Positions 1 to 13,689 of a DNA stretch of 64,000 bases are shown here, piece by piece. The stretch is from the human T2T-CHM13v2.0 reference genome, Homo sapiens. Both the position numbers and the translations under genes were made by a program. Numbering within the stretch: the first letter of the stretch is position 1; every line of letters begins with the position of its first letter. The DNA is taken from assembly GCF_009914755.1 (NCBI RefSeq), contig NC_060939.1. One strand, written 5' to 3'. The notes beneath the pieces are model-generated. The model had not been told where the DNA came from and searched no databases. It worked only from the letters and a program-made list of their open reading frames with translations.

Positions 1-18
1 TTGGGTATGGGTAATAGA

Positions 19-851
19 GTAAATTGGTACCGCAGAGAGTGGGGTGCTGCTATAAAGATACCTAAAAATGTGGAAGTGACATTGGAACAGTTTGGAGGGC
101 TCAGAAGAAGACAGGAAGATGTGGGAAAGTTTGGAACTTCCCAGAGACTTGTTGAATGGTTTTGATCAAAATGCTGATAGTGATATGGACAATAAATTCT
201 AGGCTGAGGTGGTTTCAGATGGAGATGAGGAACTTCTTGGGAACTGGAGCCAAGGTGACTCTTGCTATGCTTCAGCAAAGAGACTGGTGGCTTTTTGCCC
301 ATGCCCTAGAGATCTGTGGAACTTTGAATTTGAGAGAGATGATTTAGGGTATCTGGGGGAAGAAATTTCTAAGCAGCAGAGCATTTAGGAGGTGACAGAG
401 CATAAAAGTTTAGAAGATTTGTAGCCTGACGCAGTAGAAAAGAAAAACTCATTTTCTGGGGAGAATTTCAAGCCAGCTGCAGAAATTTGCATAAGTAACC
501 AGAGACCTTTGCGGCAGCCCCTCCCATCTCAGGCCCGGAGGCCTAGGAGGGAAAAATGGTTTCGTGGGCTGGGTCCAGGGCCCCCTGCTGTGTGCAGCCT
601 TGGGACTTGGTGCTCTGCATCCCAGCCGCTCCAGCAGTGGCTACAAGGGGCCAAAGTACAGCTTAGGCCATTGCTTCGTAGGATGCAAGCCCCAAGCCGT
701 GGCAGCTTCCAGTTGATGTTGGTCCTGCAGGCGTGCAGAAGACAAGAATTGAGGTTTGGGAACCTCTGCCTAGATTTCGGAGGCTGTATAGAAATGCCTG
801 GATGCGCCACTGCACTCTAGCCTGGGTGACAGAGCGAGACTCCGTCTCAAA

Positions 852-890
<39 letters not shown>

Positions 891-1579
891 GAAATGCTTG
901 GATGTCCAGGGAGAAGTTTGCTGCAGGAGCGTAGCCCTCATGGAGAACCTCTGCTAGGGCAGTGCAGAAGGAAAATGTGGGGTCGGAACCCCCACACAGA
1001 GTCCCCATTGGGGCACTGCCTAATGAAGCTCTGAGAAGAGGGCCACCATCCTCACACCCCAGAATAGTAGATCCACCAACAGCTTGCACCACATACCTGG
1101 AAAAGCTGCAGACACTCAACACTAGCCTGTGAATCAGCTGAGAGGGAGGGTGTACACTGCAAAGCCACAGGGGCGAAGCTGTCCAAGGTCATGGGAACCC
1201 ACCTCTTGCATCAGTGTAATGTGGATGTGAGACATGGAGTCAAAGGAGAGCATTTTGGAACTTTAAGGTTAAATGACTACCCTATTGGATTTTGGACTTG
1301 CATGGGGCCTGGAGCCCCTTTATTTTGGCCAATTTCTCCTATTTGGAATGAGTGTATTTAGGCAATTCCTGTACCACCTTTGTATCTAGGAAGTAACTAA
1401 CTTGCTTTTGATTTTACAGGCTCATAGGTGAAAGGGACTTGCCTTGTCTCAGATTAGACTTTGGACCTGGACTTTTGGGTTCATCCTGCAATGAACTAAG
1501 ACTTAGGGGGACTGTTGGAAAGGCATGATTATGTTTTGAAATGTGAGGACATGAGATTTGGGAGGGGGCAGGGGTGGAA
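19..1579 (+). mobile_element. THE1-int (MaLR internal region), with small deletions and an inserted Alu tail
   Basis: Starts with the MaLR-int signature GTAAATTGGTACC...GTGGGGTGCTGCTATAAAGATACC. Ends in a polypurine tract (1561-1579) just before the LTR. Confidence 0.9.
805..887 (+). mobile_element. Extremely 5'-truncated Alu (last ~44 nt plus A tail)
   Basis: CGCCACTGCACTCTAGCCTGGGTGACAGAGCGAGACTCCGTCTC plus poly-A. TSD AGAAATGCYTGGATG at 790-804 and 890-904. Confidence 0.9.
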
Positions 1580-1933
1580 TGATATGGTTTGGCTGTGTCC
1601 TCACGCAAAAATCTCATCTTGTAGTTCCCATAATCCCCACAGCAGTGGGAGGTTATTGAATTATGGGGGCGGTTACCGCCATGCTGTTCTTCTGATAGTA
1701 AGTGAGATCTCACGAGATCTGATGGTTTTATGAGGGGCTTTTCCCCCTTTGCCTGGCAGTTCTCTCTCCTGCCGCCATGTGAAGAAGGACATGTTTGCTT
1801 CCCCTTCTGCCATTATTGTAAGTTTCCTCAGACCTCCCCACCATGCTGAACTGTGACTCAATATACCTGTTTCCTTTATCAATTACCCAGTCTTGGATAT
1901 GTCCTTATAGTAGTGTGAGAATGGATTAATACA
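1580..1933 (+). mobile_element. THE1 (C/D-like) 3' LTR
   Basis: Termini TGATATGGTTTGGCTGTGTCC...GGATTAATACA match the THE1 LTR. Confidence 0.92.
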
Positions 1934-2412
1934 GGTGAAAGTTAGAATCTCAGTCAAGGGACATTTAATGCAATTCTGCCAATTTCCCCAAGCTGGGAAA
2001 AATTAATATTTGAGTCATGTTACTTAATTCTTGTCTGAATTTGTTGTAGATATTTGGGGATTTAATGATGTTTTATAGATAGATATATGTTTCATCAGCA
2101 GTGAAAGTGAGAATTCATGGGTATCATTTTAAATAGTCTATAGTGAATTCTCTTGGGAAAGAGGAGATTCTGATTCCTGTTTTTTTTCATGTCATACATG
2201 CATATTCAAGATTTTATGTCATTGATTTCTTTTAATAAAATGTTGGCTACATGTGAAGGGCATTGAGAATAATATGGTGACCAGATGATAAATGTGGCAT
2301 AAATTGTGTCACAATCTGATCATTCATGCATTTTTTTGGAGGAAATTAAGCGCAGTAGCCATTAATTTCAACAAATGTTTATTTCAGTGTCAGCAAAGGG
2401 GTTATGTTTCCG

Positions 2413-2680
2413 GTTTTTTTTTTTTTTTTTTTTTGAAGTAGGGTCTCACTCTGTCACCCAGGCTGGAGTGCAGTGGTGCAATCTGGGCTCACTGCAGCCT
2501 CTGCTTCCTGGGTTCAAGCCGTTGTCCTGCCTTAGCCACCCAAGTAGCTAGGATTACAGCCATGTACCACCATGCTTGGCTAATTTTTCTATTTTTAGCA
2601 GAGACAGGGTTTCACCGTGTTGCCCAGGCTGGTCTCAAACTCCTGAGCTCAAGTGATCTGCCTTCCTCGGCCTTCCAAAG
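2413..2680 (-). mobile_element. AluJ-like, slightly 5'-truncated
   Basis: Poly-T plus reverse Alu body. TSD CAAAGGGGTTWTGTTTC at 2394-2410 and 2676-2692. Confidence 0.9.
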
Positions 2681-2888
2681 GGGTTTTGTTTCTAATGATG
2701 CTTATCAGTGACACATAAGTGTTTGGCTGTCCTCTGGGACCCTCGCTTGTCTGGATGTCCTTGAGAGATTTGGATGAACCAAAGCTCAAGCAGAGTATTC
2801 CCTAAAAAGCTTTCCTTCTCACTGATCTCCTAGTTCTAAAATTTTTTAGCAGGTGAACGTTTATTCTGTTTTCAGCCACTTAGTTTTA

Positions 2889-2945
2889 ATTTGTTTTGTT
2901 TATTTTTAGAGACAGGGTCTCGCTCTATCACCCAGGCTGGAGTGC
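2889..2945 (-). mobile_element. Extremely truncated Alu 3' end
   Basis: T-rich tail plus GAGACAGGGTCTCGCTCTATCACCCAGGCTGGAGTGC. Perfect 16-bp TSD CAGCCACTTAGTTTTA at 2873-2888 and 2946-2961. Confidence 0.88.
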
Positions 2946-3109
2946 CAGCCACTTAGTTTTAGAGCCTTGAATGTTTTTCTAGTGATTTCCTAGGTCAGCT
3001 CTAAGTAAAGCAGAATTGGTAGTGATAGTGGAGTGCAGGAAACAAAGAGACCTGGAAGGGAAATTGTCATGAAGGAGGTCATGTTTAAGTGGCGCTTTGC
3101 AGGATGGGT

Positions 3110-3250
3110 TTCTTCTGCACTGTTCCTGGACCTAGCTGCACATTGGAATCACCTGGAGGTTCTGATGTAGTTGGTTTGGGATGGGGCCTGGGCATTGGTG
3201 GGTAAGTTCTCCATGTGATTCTAATGTGCAGCCAGGGTAGAGGACCACTC
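3110..3250. mobile_element. MER5-family hAT MITE fragment
   Basis: GCTGCACATTGGAATCACCTGG...GTGATTCTAATGTGCAGCCAGGG MER5 motifs. Confidence 0.7.
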
Positions 3251-3464
3251 GTCTACAGTCCTCTGAGTCACCTTGCCTCATTCTTTGGAGATTTTAGCAT
3301 CTGGCCCACAGTCCCTCCTCCCATCAATATTTTTGGTGACTTGAACATCTATATAGGTTGTCCACCCAATTCTCAACCTCTTAGTCCCTTGACCAACTCT
3401 CTTTCAGTTATCTTTTCCTCTACCCTGCTTCAGCCATCGCTCACATGGTTATCTCTAGACCACT

Positions 3465-3655
3465 GATTCTAGACAAGGAGGATATTTGGCAATGTCTAGA
3501 GACTTCTTTTGGCACAACTTTGGAGGAAGAAGAGATGCTATTGACATTCTAGTGAGGCTACTGAACACCCTGCAATGCACAGGACAGCCCCACACAACAA
3601 AGAATTATGCCATCCAAAATGTCAGTAGTCCCAGGGTCAAGAACCCTTGCTCTAG
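3465..3655 (+). mobile_element. MER20 hAT element
   Basis: ATTTGGCAATGTCTAGAGAC...CAATGCACAGGACAGCCCCACACAACAAAGAATTAT...CCAAAATGTCAGTAGT. Confidence 0.8.
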
Positions 3656-3659
3656 TGTC

Positions 3660-3880
3660 TTTGAAGTGTTTTTTAACCCCAAGCCATAGGAGAAATATAG
3701 CTTATGTGATGACCCAATACAAACACACAGAAGTTTCACAAAACAGTATTTACTCTTACTGGGTATAATGTACTTTCATGCTTTTTATTGTTTCATTAAA
3801 ACAATAAGATGCTGTTTCTGACCCACTAAACTGATTTCACTGCCTACTAAACTTGCACCCCATTATTTGAAAAATGTGGT
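3660..3880. mobile_element. hAT-Charlie MITE (MER119-like)
   Basis: Terminal motif GACCCACTAAACTGATTTCAC...TTTGAAAAATG. Confidence 0.5.
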
Positions 3881-4544
3881 TGTAGACCTAATCATTACTG
3901 ATAACCGCACCTCCAGCACAATCTGGACAAACTCACCAGTCTGACCGTCCCCTTTTCTCTTTTGTCTTATTGCCTCTAGTACTTGGTTCCACCTAGCTTT
4001 CACCTACAAGGGCTTCTGACCTGGTGGCCCTTTCTTTTTCATTGTCCATCATCCCTTTCTTGTCCTCCTTACCCAGCTCAGATTCTTGCATATACCCTCA
4101 ACTACCTTGACCTTTCCCCGCTTTGTCTTACTGTCCTCGGAAAGAAAACCCCATCCTTGGTTAAGCCCACCCTCTGCTCACTCTCCTTCAGCTTCAGGCT
4201 GATGATCCTGCCTAGAGAAAACACATATCTCTCTGCATTGTCTTGCTTTTAATTTATGGCCACAAACCTCAAGGGGACTCTTGACACTTTCAGGTCCACT
4301 ATGTTTCTATACCCACTTCTCAGCTGATGACCTGGCTTATTTCACTGAGAGAAGAAGCAATTAGAAGCTACTTTCATCATCTTCCTATACTAAACTTACT
4401 AACCTACCAGCACACACGTGTGAATGAGATCCTGTCCTCTCTTGGCTTTCATACATGCAGCTATCTCCTTTCCCTTTTGCATCATCAGTTTCTCACTCTG
4501 ATGGATAGTCCCCATCAGAAACATGCAGTAGTACCTGTCATCTA

Positions 4545-5132
<588 letters not shown>

Positions 5133-7709
5133 CCAGAACCACACTTATTAAGGTAGTGGCAATACCCATGTGGTACAATCCAGTGGCTAACTCTTTAGTT
5201 GTCATCTTCTACAGGCTCTCCTCAGCATTTGGCCAGGTCATTGCTTTCTCTTTGGAACCCTTCCACTGGCTTCCATGTCACAATCTGGTTCTCCTACCCC
5301 CGGCTTCTCCAGCTCCATGCTTCTTGCTGGATGTTTCTTCCTGGCTTAAAGTTGGGGGCGCTCTCTCACCTTTCTCTTCATTAGGAATCTCTCCAGGATC
5401 ACCTCTTATGAGGTCACGCCGGCATCCCCTGGCCCCTGTTCTCAAGCTTCTTCCTTATTTTTCTATCATTTATTATTCCCTGATATTACATACAGGACTC
5501 ACTTATTGTCTATCTCACTGCATCTAGAATATAAGCTCCAGAAGAGAAATCATCTCTGCCGCTGTATCCCCAAGTGCCTGCAAGAATGCCTGGCACATGA
5601 TAGGTACTCGACAAAAAATTCTTAATGATTGATGAAGGAAACTTGCTGGTTAGAGGTTAGCCTTGGATGAGGGAATGGAAGTCTTTTCCAGACTTGAGCT
5701 AAGGAAGAGCATAATGTTGAAGTGGAAACCAGTGTCTCATGGTGCAGTATTTTTAGGTCATGTGTTGAGAGTTAGGGGTTCAAGTATTGAATGAAGAAAG
5801 CACATCCTTATTAAATACTTGTTGAGTGGTAGAAGGCACCTGCAGAGGACAGCTGGATGGAGACAAATGGTTGCAGTTCTCATCTTTATCTCTGAAGGGG
5901 GTACTTAAGCAGTCTACTTGGCAACTTTTGTCTCTGGGTTGAAGATGATAAATGGACTTGTCTGAAGTGTTTATCATGGACCTTAATGTTCTGGTGACTT
6001 GTTTTGGTGAATCACTCATCCCCAGAGTCCACTTCTTCACAGGGGGAGATGTCTCCTTCTTCTCCTAAGCATTTGAGCTCATTGGGGAGTTCAGTGGGCC
6101 CTCTCTGCGCTGCTTTCAGACACCCAGGTTAAAAGATCCCCAAAGCATTCTCGTCCTGTGTTTAAATTAAATCTCCTCTTCTTTCTTCATTTGCATTGCT
6201 TCAATATAGTCCATTTAATTACTTGGCACCGCACCTAGGTCCTAGTTTCATATAAATGAGGCTATTTCCCAAGTGTAGCCCGAGGTCATGCATGCTGGAT
6301 CTTCCAAGGGGGGCGTGGATTATTCCTGGGTTTGGGAGATTACATGGAGAGTACTTTAAGAGGCTTAATTTTCTCCTTGAAGGGCTCTCTACTGGACTCA
6401 ACACCTGTCACTCCTAGGCTCTCCCTGATGGAGTTAAAGGAGCTTGCCCTGTGGGTAAAACATCAGCCAAGGGCAGCCTGAGGCACAGCCACAAAGCAGT
6501 TAGGTTTGGTACACTCAAGAAGACAGGATGTTTAGTACACCCAGGAAGACAGGGCAGATGTCTGTGTGGGAAAACTCAGTGACTCGAGGGAAGTTTACTT
6601 TTATTGTCAGTATTTATTTTATTTTAAAGAAAGGTGGTTGGAATGGCTGTAGGTGGGTGTCTCCCTTTGATAGGGAAAGAACTGAGGCTCAGAGGGGTGT
6701 GACGCTTGACAAAGCTGGCACCAGAACCCTGCTTCCTCCTTTTCTTGGGATGTGCTGTTGGAACCTGTCTGTAATTCAGGGTTGCGGTTCTTAGCCCTGG
6801 GTACGCTTCAGAATCTCTAGGGAAGCTTATTAAAACTGCTAGTTCCGAAACCCCACCTGACTCACTAAACTGAATCGGGAGCCCTAGGGAGGATCCTAGG
6901 AGGGTTTCCTGTAGAGGGTGAAGGCAGCCAGGGGACTGGGGACAGGCACCCTGCAGGGCAGATGCCTGCTGGCCATGTACACTTGACAGACCCAACTCCT
7001 TTCTGAGACACAACACCCATCTCAACTGACTGTGTCGCAGTTTGCTCCTCACTCCTGCACCGCTTCTGGTTTCTAAGACCCTGTAGGGCTCCATTTAAAA
7101 TGCATACAGAAAGGGCTTTTTATTTTCTTTGGGGTAATTTAATTTTCTGGCATTTTCCCAATGTGTTTTGTCCTACTTAGGTGAGAATGAAAGCTGCATT
7201 TAGTGTGAGGAAGTCACCTCTCTGAGGGCTTTTATGAGTCCTCTTGATTAGGGTCCCTAGGTGAGGCTGAGACTGGCTCTGGGGTGGGGTTTGGGTTTAA
7301 CCAGCTCTTGGAGAAGCTGGTGGGGAACCAGAAGCTGGCCTGAGTGCTGCTCTGACAGAAGGAGTAGAAGGGTACAAGCTGGCTGCGCAGGGATGGATTT
7401 TAACAGTAATAAAGGATGGTAAATTGTTGGCTGGTTTTTGCTGGTGAACCTGTCACATGTTTGAGTGCCCCGATCTTGTGACAGTAGCTATAGGCTGGAG
7501 ACAGCCCAATGGAGCCTGCAGCAATGCCTTGTCGGGCTGAGCTGGCTCTTTGATGAACCTCAGAAGTTGTTTAGATGGAGCTTTATGAATGTGCCTGGTG
7601 AAGGGCCTAGAGTAAGCCCTGGGGAATCCGAGAAGCATCAGGTGGCCGTATGCCTAACCATAGGGACAGGAGAAGGGCATTTTTCTCTTGAATTGGAAGC
7701 TGACGGATT

Positions 7710-8595
7710 GTATTAGTTTTCTAGAGCTGCTGTAACAAAGTACCACATACTGGGTGGCTGGGATCATAGAAATTTACTGTGTCAGTTCTGGAAGCTAGAA
7801 GTCTAAGAGCAAGGATTTATTCCTTCTGAGGACTGTGAGGGGGAGCCTGTTCCATGCCTCTCTGTGTTTCTTGTAGAAGGGCATCTTCTCCCCGTCTCTT
7901 CATTGTTGTCCCTCTGATGCAGGGCAGATGAGCCCCAAAGTGGGGCTTAGTCCATGAGGGTTCTTGGCTTTGCCCAGGAAAGAATTCAAGGGCCAGCTAG
8001 AGGTAGAGGAAAACAGCTTTGGTGAAGCAGCAGTGTTACAGCTTTGGCAGTGCGACAGCTCTGTGCCTTCTCCTGCAGAGTAGCACTACCCCACAGGCAG
8101 TGTGCTGACAGTAGCAGCTCAGGGCAGTTTTGCAGTCATATTTATACCCACTTTAATAAAATGCAGATTAAGGAGTGACTTATGCGGAAATTTCTAGGGA
8201 AGGGGTAGTAACTTTTGGGTCATTGGATCATTGCATGGAAAGGGATGGTAACTCCCAGGTGTTGCCATGGCAATGGTAAATTGACATGGCATATTAGTGG
8301 GCATGTCCAACTGAAAGTTGCTTTCACCCTGGCTGTGTCTTAGCTAGTCCTCAGTCTGATCTGTAAGCCCTGTCTCCTGCTTCACCTCTATCCTGTTGTG
8401 TCTGTTTCTGTGTTCAAATTTCCACTTTTTATGAGGACAACAATCATATTGAATTAGGGACACCCTAATGATCTCATTTCAACTTGATTCTCTCTGTAAA
8501 GACCCTATCTCCAAATAAGGTCCCATTCTGAGGTTTTAGAATATTGGACTTTAACATATTTTTTGGGATGGGGGGTACAATTCAACGTGTAACAC
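7710..8595 (-). mobile_element. MLT1 (B/C-like) LTR split by a MER41-like LTR
   Basis: Starts TGTATTAGTTTTCTAGAGCTGCTGTAACAAAGTACCAC. Resumes at 8385 and ends ...TTCAACGTGTAACA. Confidence 0.8.
7915..8384 (-). mobile_element. Solo ERV1 LTR, MER41 family (C/D-like)
   Basis: TG...CA termini and 4-bp TSD CCTC (7911-7914, 8385-8388). The reverse strand carries the MER41 motif TTTACCATTGCCATGGCAACACC. Confidence 0.75.
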
Positions 8596-8701
8596 AAATT
8601 GTCAGACTGCCTTCTGTCTCAGAATCTGCATCTGACATGGAATGCTTGTCAGTGAAGTTACCTTTAGAGGCCAAGGGACCCTAATTGTAGAATTCCCTTA
8701 A

Positions 8702-8786
8702 GTAAAGTCAACAAAGCCAGCAGGTGCAGAATTCCACAGTTCCCTTAATTGTGGAATTCTGCACCTGGTGATTTTGTTGATTTTAC
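8702..8786. repeat. Inverted repeat / hairpin, 40-bp arms, 5-nt loop
   Basis: 8702-8741 vs reverse complement of 8747-8786: 35/40 identical. Three of the five differences are G:U pairs in a + strand RNA. Confidence 0.9.
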
Positions 8787-8944
8787 CTTTTATTAAGGCC
8801 TTGCACATTGATTACTATCATAATCCTGTGAGGTATTATTACTACTTTGAGGAAGCTAAGATGTAGCAAGGCTTGTATACTAAATAGTAGATAAGTTTGA
8901 CTGAAGCTCAGATCTCCTCAGTATCATAGGTTTCTCCCCGTAAT

Positions 8945-9110
8945 ACCAGTGAGTCTCAAACCTTGATATGCATAAGAATCTCCTAGGCAACTCATTAAAA
9001 ATACAGATTTGGGAGGCCCTGTCTGAATCAGAAGCTCAGGTTGCAACCACAGAATACATATTTTTATTGTTTCCCCCGGATATTTCAGTGCATTCAAAGA
9101 TATGAGAACA
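8945..9110. mobile_element. MER5B-like
   Basis: CAGTGAGTCTCAAACCTTGATATGCATAAGAATCTCCTAGG...AAAATACAGATT. Confidence 0.6.
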
Positions 9111-9171
9111 AATGTACCCTATCATGGACATAATTTAGAGGGGAAAAACCACCATCACCACCAAGTTTTCA

Positions 9172-9553
<382 letters not shown>

Positions 9554-10391
9554 AGGTGCCCACTTGAGTCGGGGGCATTTCAATCTGTAGAGCCCAAGGG
9601 GATTGTCTTCTTGTACAGTACCCCTGCCACCATAGTTGTGAGCAAGGTCTGAGCTCTTTGTCTGCCCACACCATGCTAATTGTCCCTCCGTTAGTGGAAA
9701 ATAAATCTGGCTTGAACTTTCTGTGCTACACAGATGTACCTTGTACCACAGTGGAGTGGCGGGTGGGAGGTAAACTGAGAGGGTGTGGCCTTAGATAAGT
9801 CACTGTGTGCCTTATCAAAACAAGGCAAGAAAAAAATGTGATTATTAAGTATTTATTGTTATTGTTATAAAATGTGCTTGTATTAACTAAAGTGTGTTCG
9901 AGCATGCACAGTGCAGAAGAAACACCTGAATAAATTTTTTAAAACAGGGCTGCCTGGGCCCCAGCCCCAGAGATTTTCTTTTAGCAAGTCTAAGATGGGC
10001 CCCCAAAATTCTGAGCTGCTGGTCAGAGGACCACACTTAGAGCAAGCAGCCCAATATTAATGCAATATTGTCACTGTATAGTTCAGCTTTTGATACTACA
10101 ATGACCGTCTCTCTGAATAATGAAACTATTTATAAGCTTTGGCCACTAGCCTGTAGATTCTAACCCATGTTCAGGACCAATATCCAAATTATTTCACCAT
10201 ATTAACTTTATTGTAGTGATTATATAGTAAAATACATGGTTTCTTAGCTAAGGGTTATGTTTCTTAGAGTGTAGTCTTTGGATCACCACCATCAGTATTA
10301 CCTGTGATTAAGGTTAAGTATTGTAACTGCCCAATACCTGGAGATTTTAATTTGGTAGTCCAAATTAATTGTATGGTCCAAGAATTTGTTG

Positions 10392-10857
<466 letters not shown>

Positions 10858-11550
10858 TGTAGTTTTTATAATCAAAATATCCTTAGGTATACTGAAGTTT
10901 AAATGTCACTGAACTAGGGTTTGGAAATCAGTCCTGCTTTTTACCAGAAGCCAGTCACACAGTAGGGTTATAAATACTGTTAGATTGTTTATATTGGCAT
11001 TTGTTTCCATTTTTTTCTGGCTGTTGCAGGGTCTCATTCTGCAACAGAGATGTAATCTTAATAGATTGTTAGCTTTCTATTTGAATAACCATTCCCCTTC
11101 TCATTTTTTATAAAAGCTCATGCAATTCATTTTAAGATAGCCTTTTAAAAAGTTACATTCATTGTCAAAGTAAATTCCTTTGGAGCATTAATAGTATGTG
11201 AAATATATTTTAGATTTTTGGAGTTAATTCAAGGAGGCTTTGTGGTTTTAAACTGCACAGGTAGTTAGGAATGACCATGGTTGAAATATATGTATATTCT
11301 TGGACTCTGCATGCATATTTCAAAAATTGGTAAATGCTTTCATATGGGAGGGGGAGGGTTGGGAGGAGATACTTTATTAATAGAAGAGATTCAGTTTTCT
11401 TGACCAGTGTAATAGATCTTGGTATTCTAAGTTCTGTGCTTTGCAGATGTTTCCACAAATGAATTTTTTCCCCCTAAAGACAAGATTTTTAGTTCTATGT
11501 TCTTCCTTCTGGGAAAATGAGGAACCTTTATTTTTAGAAATGGGAGCTAG

Positions 11551-11884
<334 letters not shown>

Positions 11885-11959
11885 TCATATATACTCACAT
11901 CATTTTATATAATGTATTCTTGAAAAGTTAGAGATAAATAAAGTAAAAACTGCAGCAAG

Positions 11960-12058
11960 ATTTACAGGCATTTGTCAAAATTTATAGAACTGTATCCCTA
12001 AAAAGGATGAATTTTACTTTACGTAATTATACCTTAATAAACCTGATTTTAAAAAAAA
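11960..12058 (+). mobile_element. Old L1M 3' terminus fragment
   Basis: ATTTGTCAAAATTTATAGAACTGTA...GAATTTTACT...TTATACCTTAATAAACCTGA plus A run. Confidence 0.6.
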
Positions 12059-12824
12059 GGTATCAGAGGAACTTGTCACTTTAGCCATGCTTTTTGTGAA
12101 TTAGTTTGCAAAGTAAAGATTCCTTTTGTGAAGCATGTATTCCCTCAAGGACCCTCTCTGTTTCATACCTGTTTGAAAACTGTTCTTTGTGCATTCTCTC
12201 CGTTAGTGCTTAGTGGGCTGGGTGGAGTGGAATTGGTGCAGGGCTACTGAGGGATGGGCGCAGCCTCTTATCCATTACTCTTAGTCATTTCTTTCTTAGA
12301 ACCACATCTGGCACATGTGGGAGTTCACAGAGGTTTGGGGGATGAATTAAACCATCAGATTGATGAAGAAGCCGAGGTGCAGAGAGCGAAGGGGCTTGTT
12401 CAAGTACGGTGATAAGGTAGCGTAAGTGGGAGAAGAGTCCTTTGGTCTTCTGACTCCTAGGCCAGTGCCCTTCCACTGTGCATTCTCCAACGCATAGTGT
12501 ATCTTGTAAATTCGTGTTTTATAGTTTGGGAGTCTTTTAAACCAGGGTACATCCATGTGCTTGCTGTGGTTGTGGAAGCAGCCTATTCTTGTAGAAGAGC
12601 CCTGGCTTTGGAGTCATTCATCAGTTTGGCACATCTTTTTCTGGGTGTCTACCAAGTGCATGGTGGATACAGCCTGAAACAAAACAGACCTGAGCCCTGC
12701 CCTCATGGATAGCACAGTCTGGAAGCGTATGTGTGGACCGAGGCATTAAAACAAACCAAAGAGGGATGAATGCTGCAAAGGTCACAAACATGCTGATGTG
12801 GGAACCCACCGCATAGTGGCCATA

Positions 12825-12990
12825 ATTTAGTGTGACCTTGGACAAGTCACCTAACCACTGTAAGCCTTAGTGTCCTCATGAGTAAAACGTGTATATCATC
12901 CCCAAGTAATGAAGTTATTGCAAGGATTTAGTAGATGATGGATGTAAAACAGATAGTTCATGCTCCTGGGCACATGGTAATTAGATGTTA
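12825..12990 (+). mobile_element. MIR
   Basis: MIR core TGTGACCTTGGACAAGTCACCTAACC...AGCCTTAGTGTCCTCAT. Confidence 0.75.
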
Positions 12991-13017
12991 TTCCTCCTTA
13001 GAGAGTGTGAGTAATGG

Positions 13018-13018
<1 letters not shown>

Positions 13019-13064
<46 letters not shown>
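13019..13064. repeat. (TG)23 microsatellite
   Basis: Perfect dinucleotide run. Confidence 0.97.
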
Positions 13065-13068
<4 letters not shown>

Positions 13069-13689
13069 GTTCCCATGCTGCATTGGCCCTTGTAGGCAAC
13101 CTCAGGATAGAAGTTTGATATATTTTTTTTTCTTTTGGGTCATCTTAACAATGGGGAGATATATTGGAGGGCTCTGCAGGGTTTTGCCCATTGAGGTTGA
13201 GGTTGGAGCAGAGCTTTCTAGTCAGGGAGCTGAATTATGCTAACAGGTGAGCTGAGATAGTGAATGATGCCTTTAGTCTTCTCTCCATTCCTCTGGGGCT
13301 GCCAGGACTTAGGCCCTACTGACATGGTAATTTTTCAAGTACGCCAGAACTTGGAAAAGTTTGGGAGATTATTCATCTCTCAAAATGGGGGCCCTAGAAG
13401 CAGGGGCTAGGCTGTTAGATTTTAAGTTAACTAAAGAGAAAAATGGAAAGGAGACAAGGGGACCCACGGGTTGTGTGGGAACTTTAGAAGAGGGATGTGG
13501 ATGAACTAGTTCAGGGTTTCCCAGACTTCTCTGATGATAAGATTCATCTGAGTACTAACTCAAAGTAAATTTACACAGCTCGCTGGGCATGCTCTGGCGT
13601 ATTTAACAGTTAGCCCATGTAATTCTTACCAGGGACTTTTGGGAAACACTGGGTTAGATCATAAGTCTCTTTGTCCCTGCGATTTAAAA

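Noticed and set aside
156-1882. Multiple ORFs of 63-103 aa
   Set aside because: All lie within the decayed THE1 element or the Alu tail. None forms an intact MaLR ORF.
8757-8780. Identity of the hairpin as a miR-7 or miR-338 paralogue
   Set aside because: Only a 12-13 nt non-seed match. The seed and precursor context differ.
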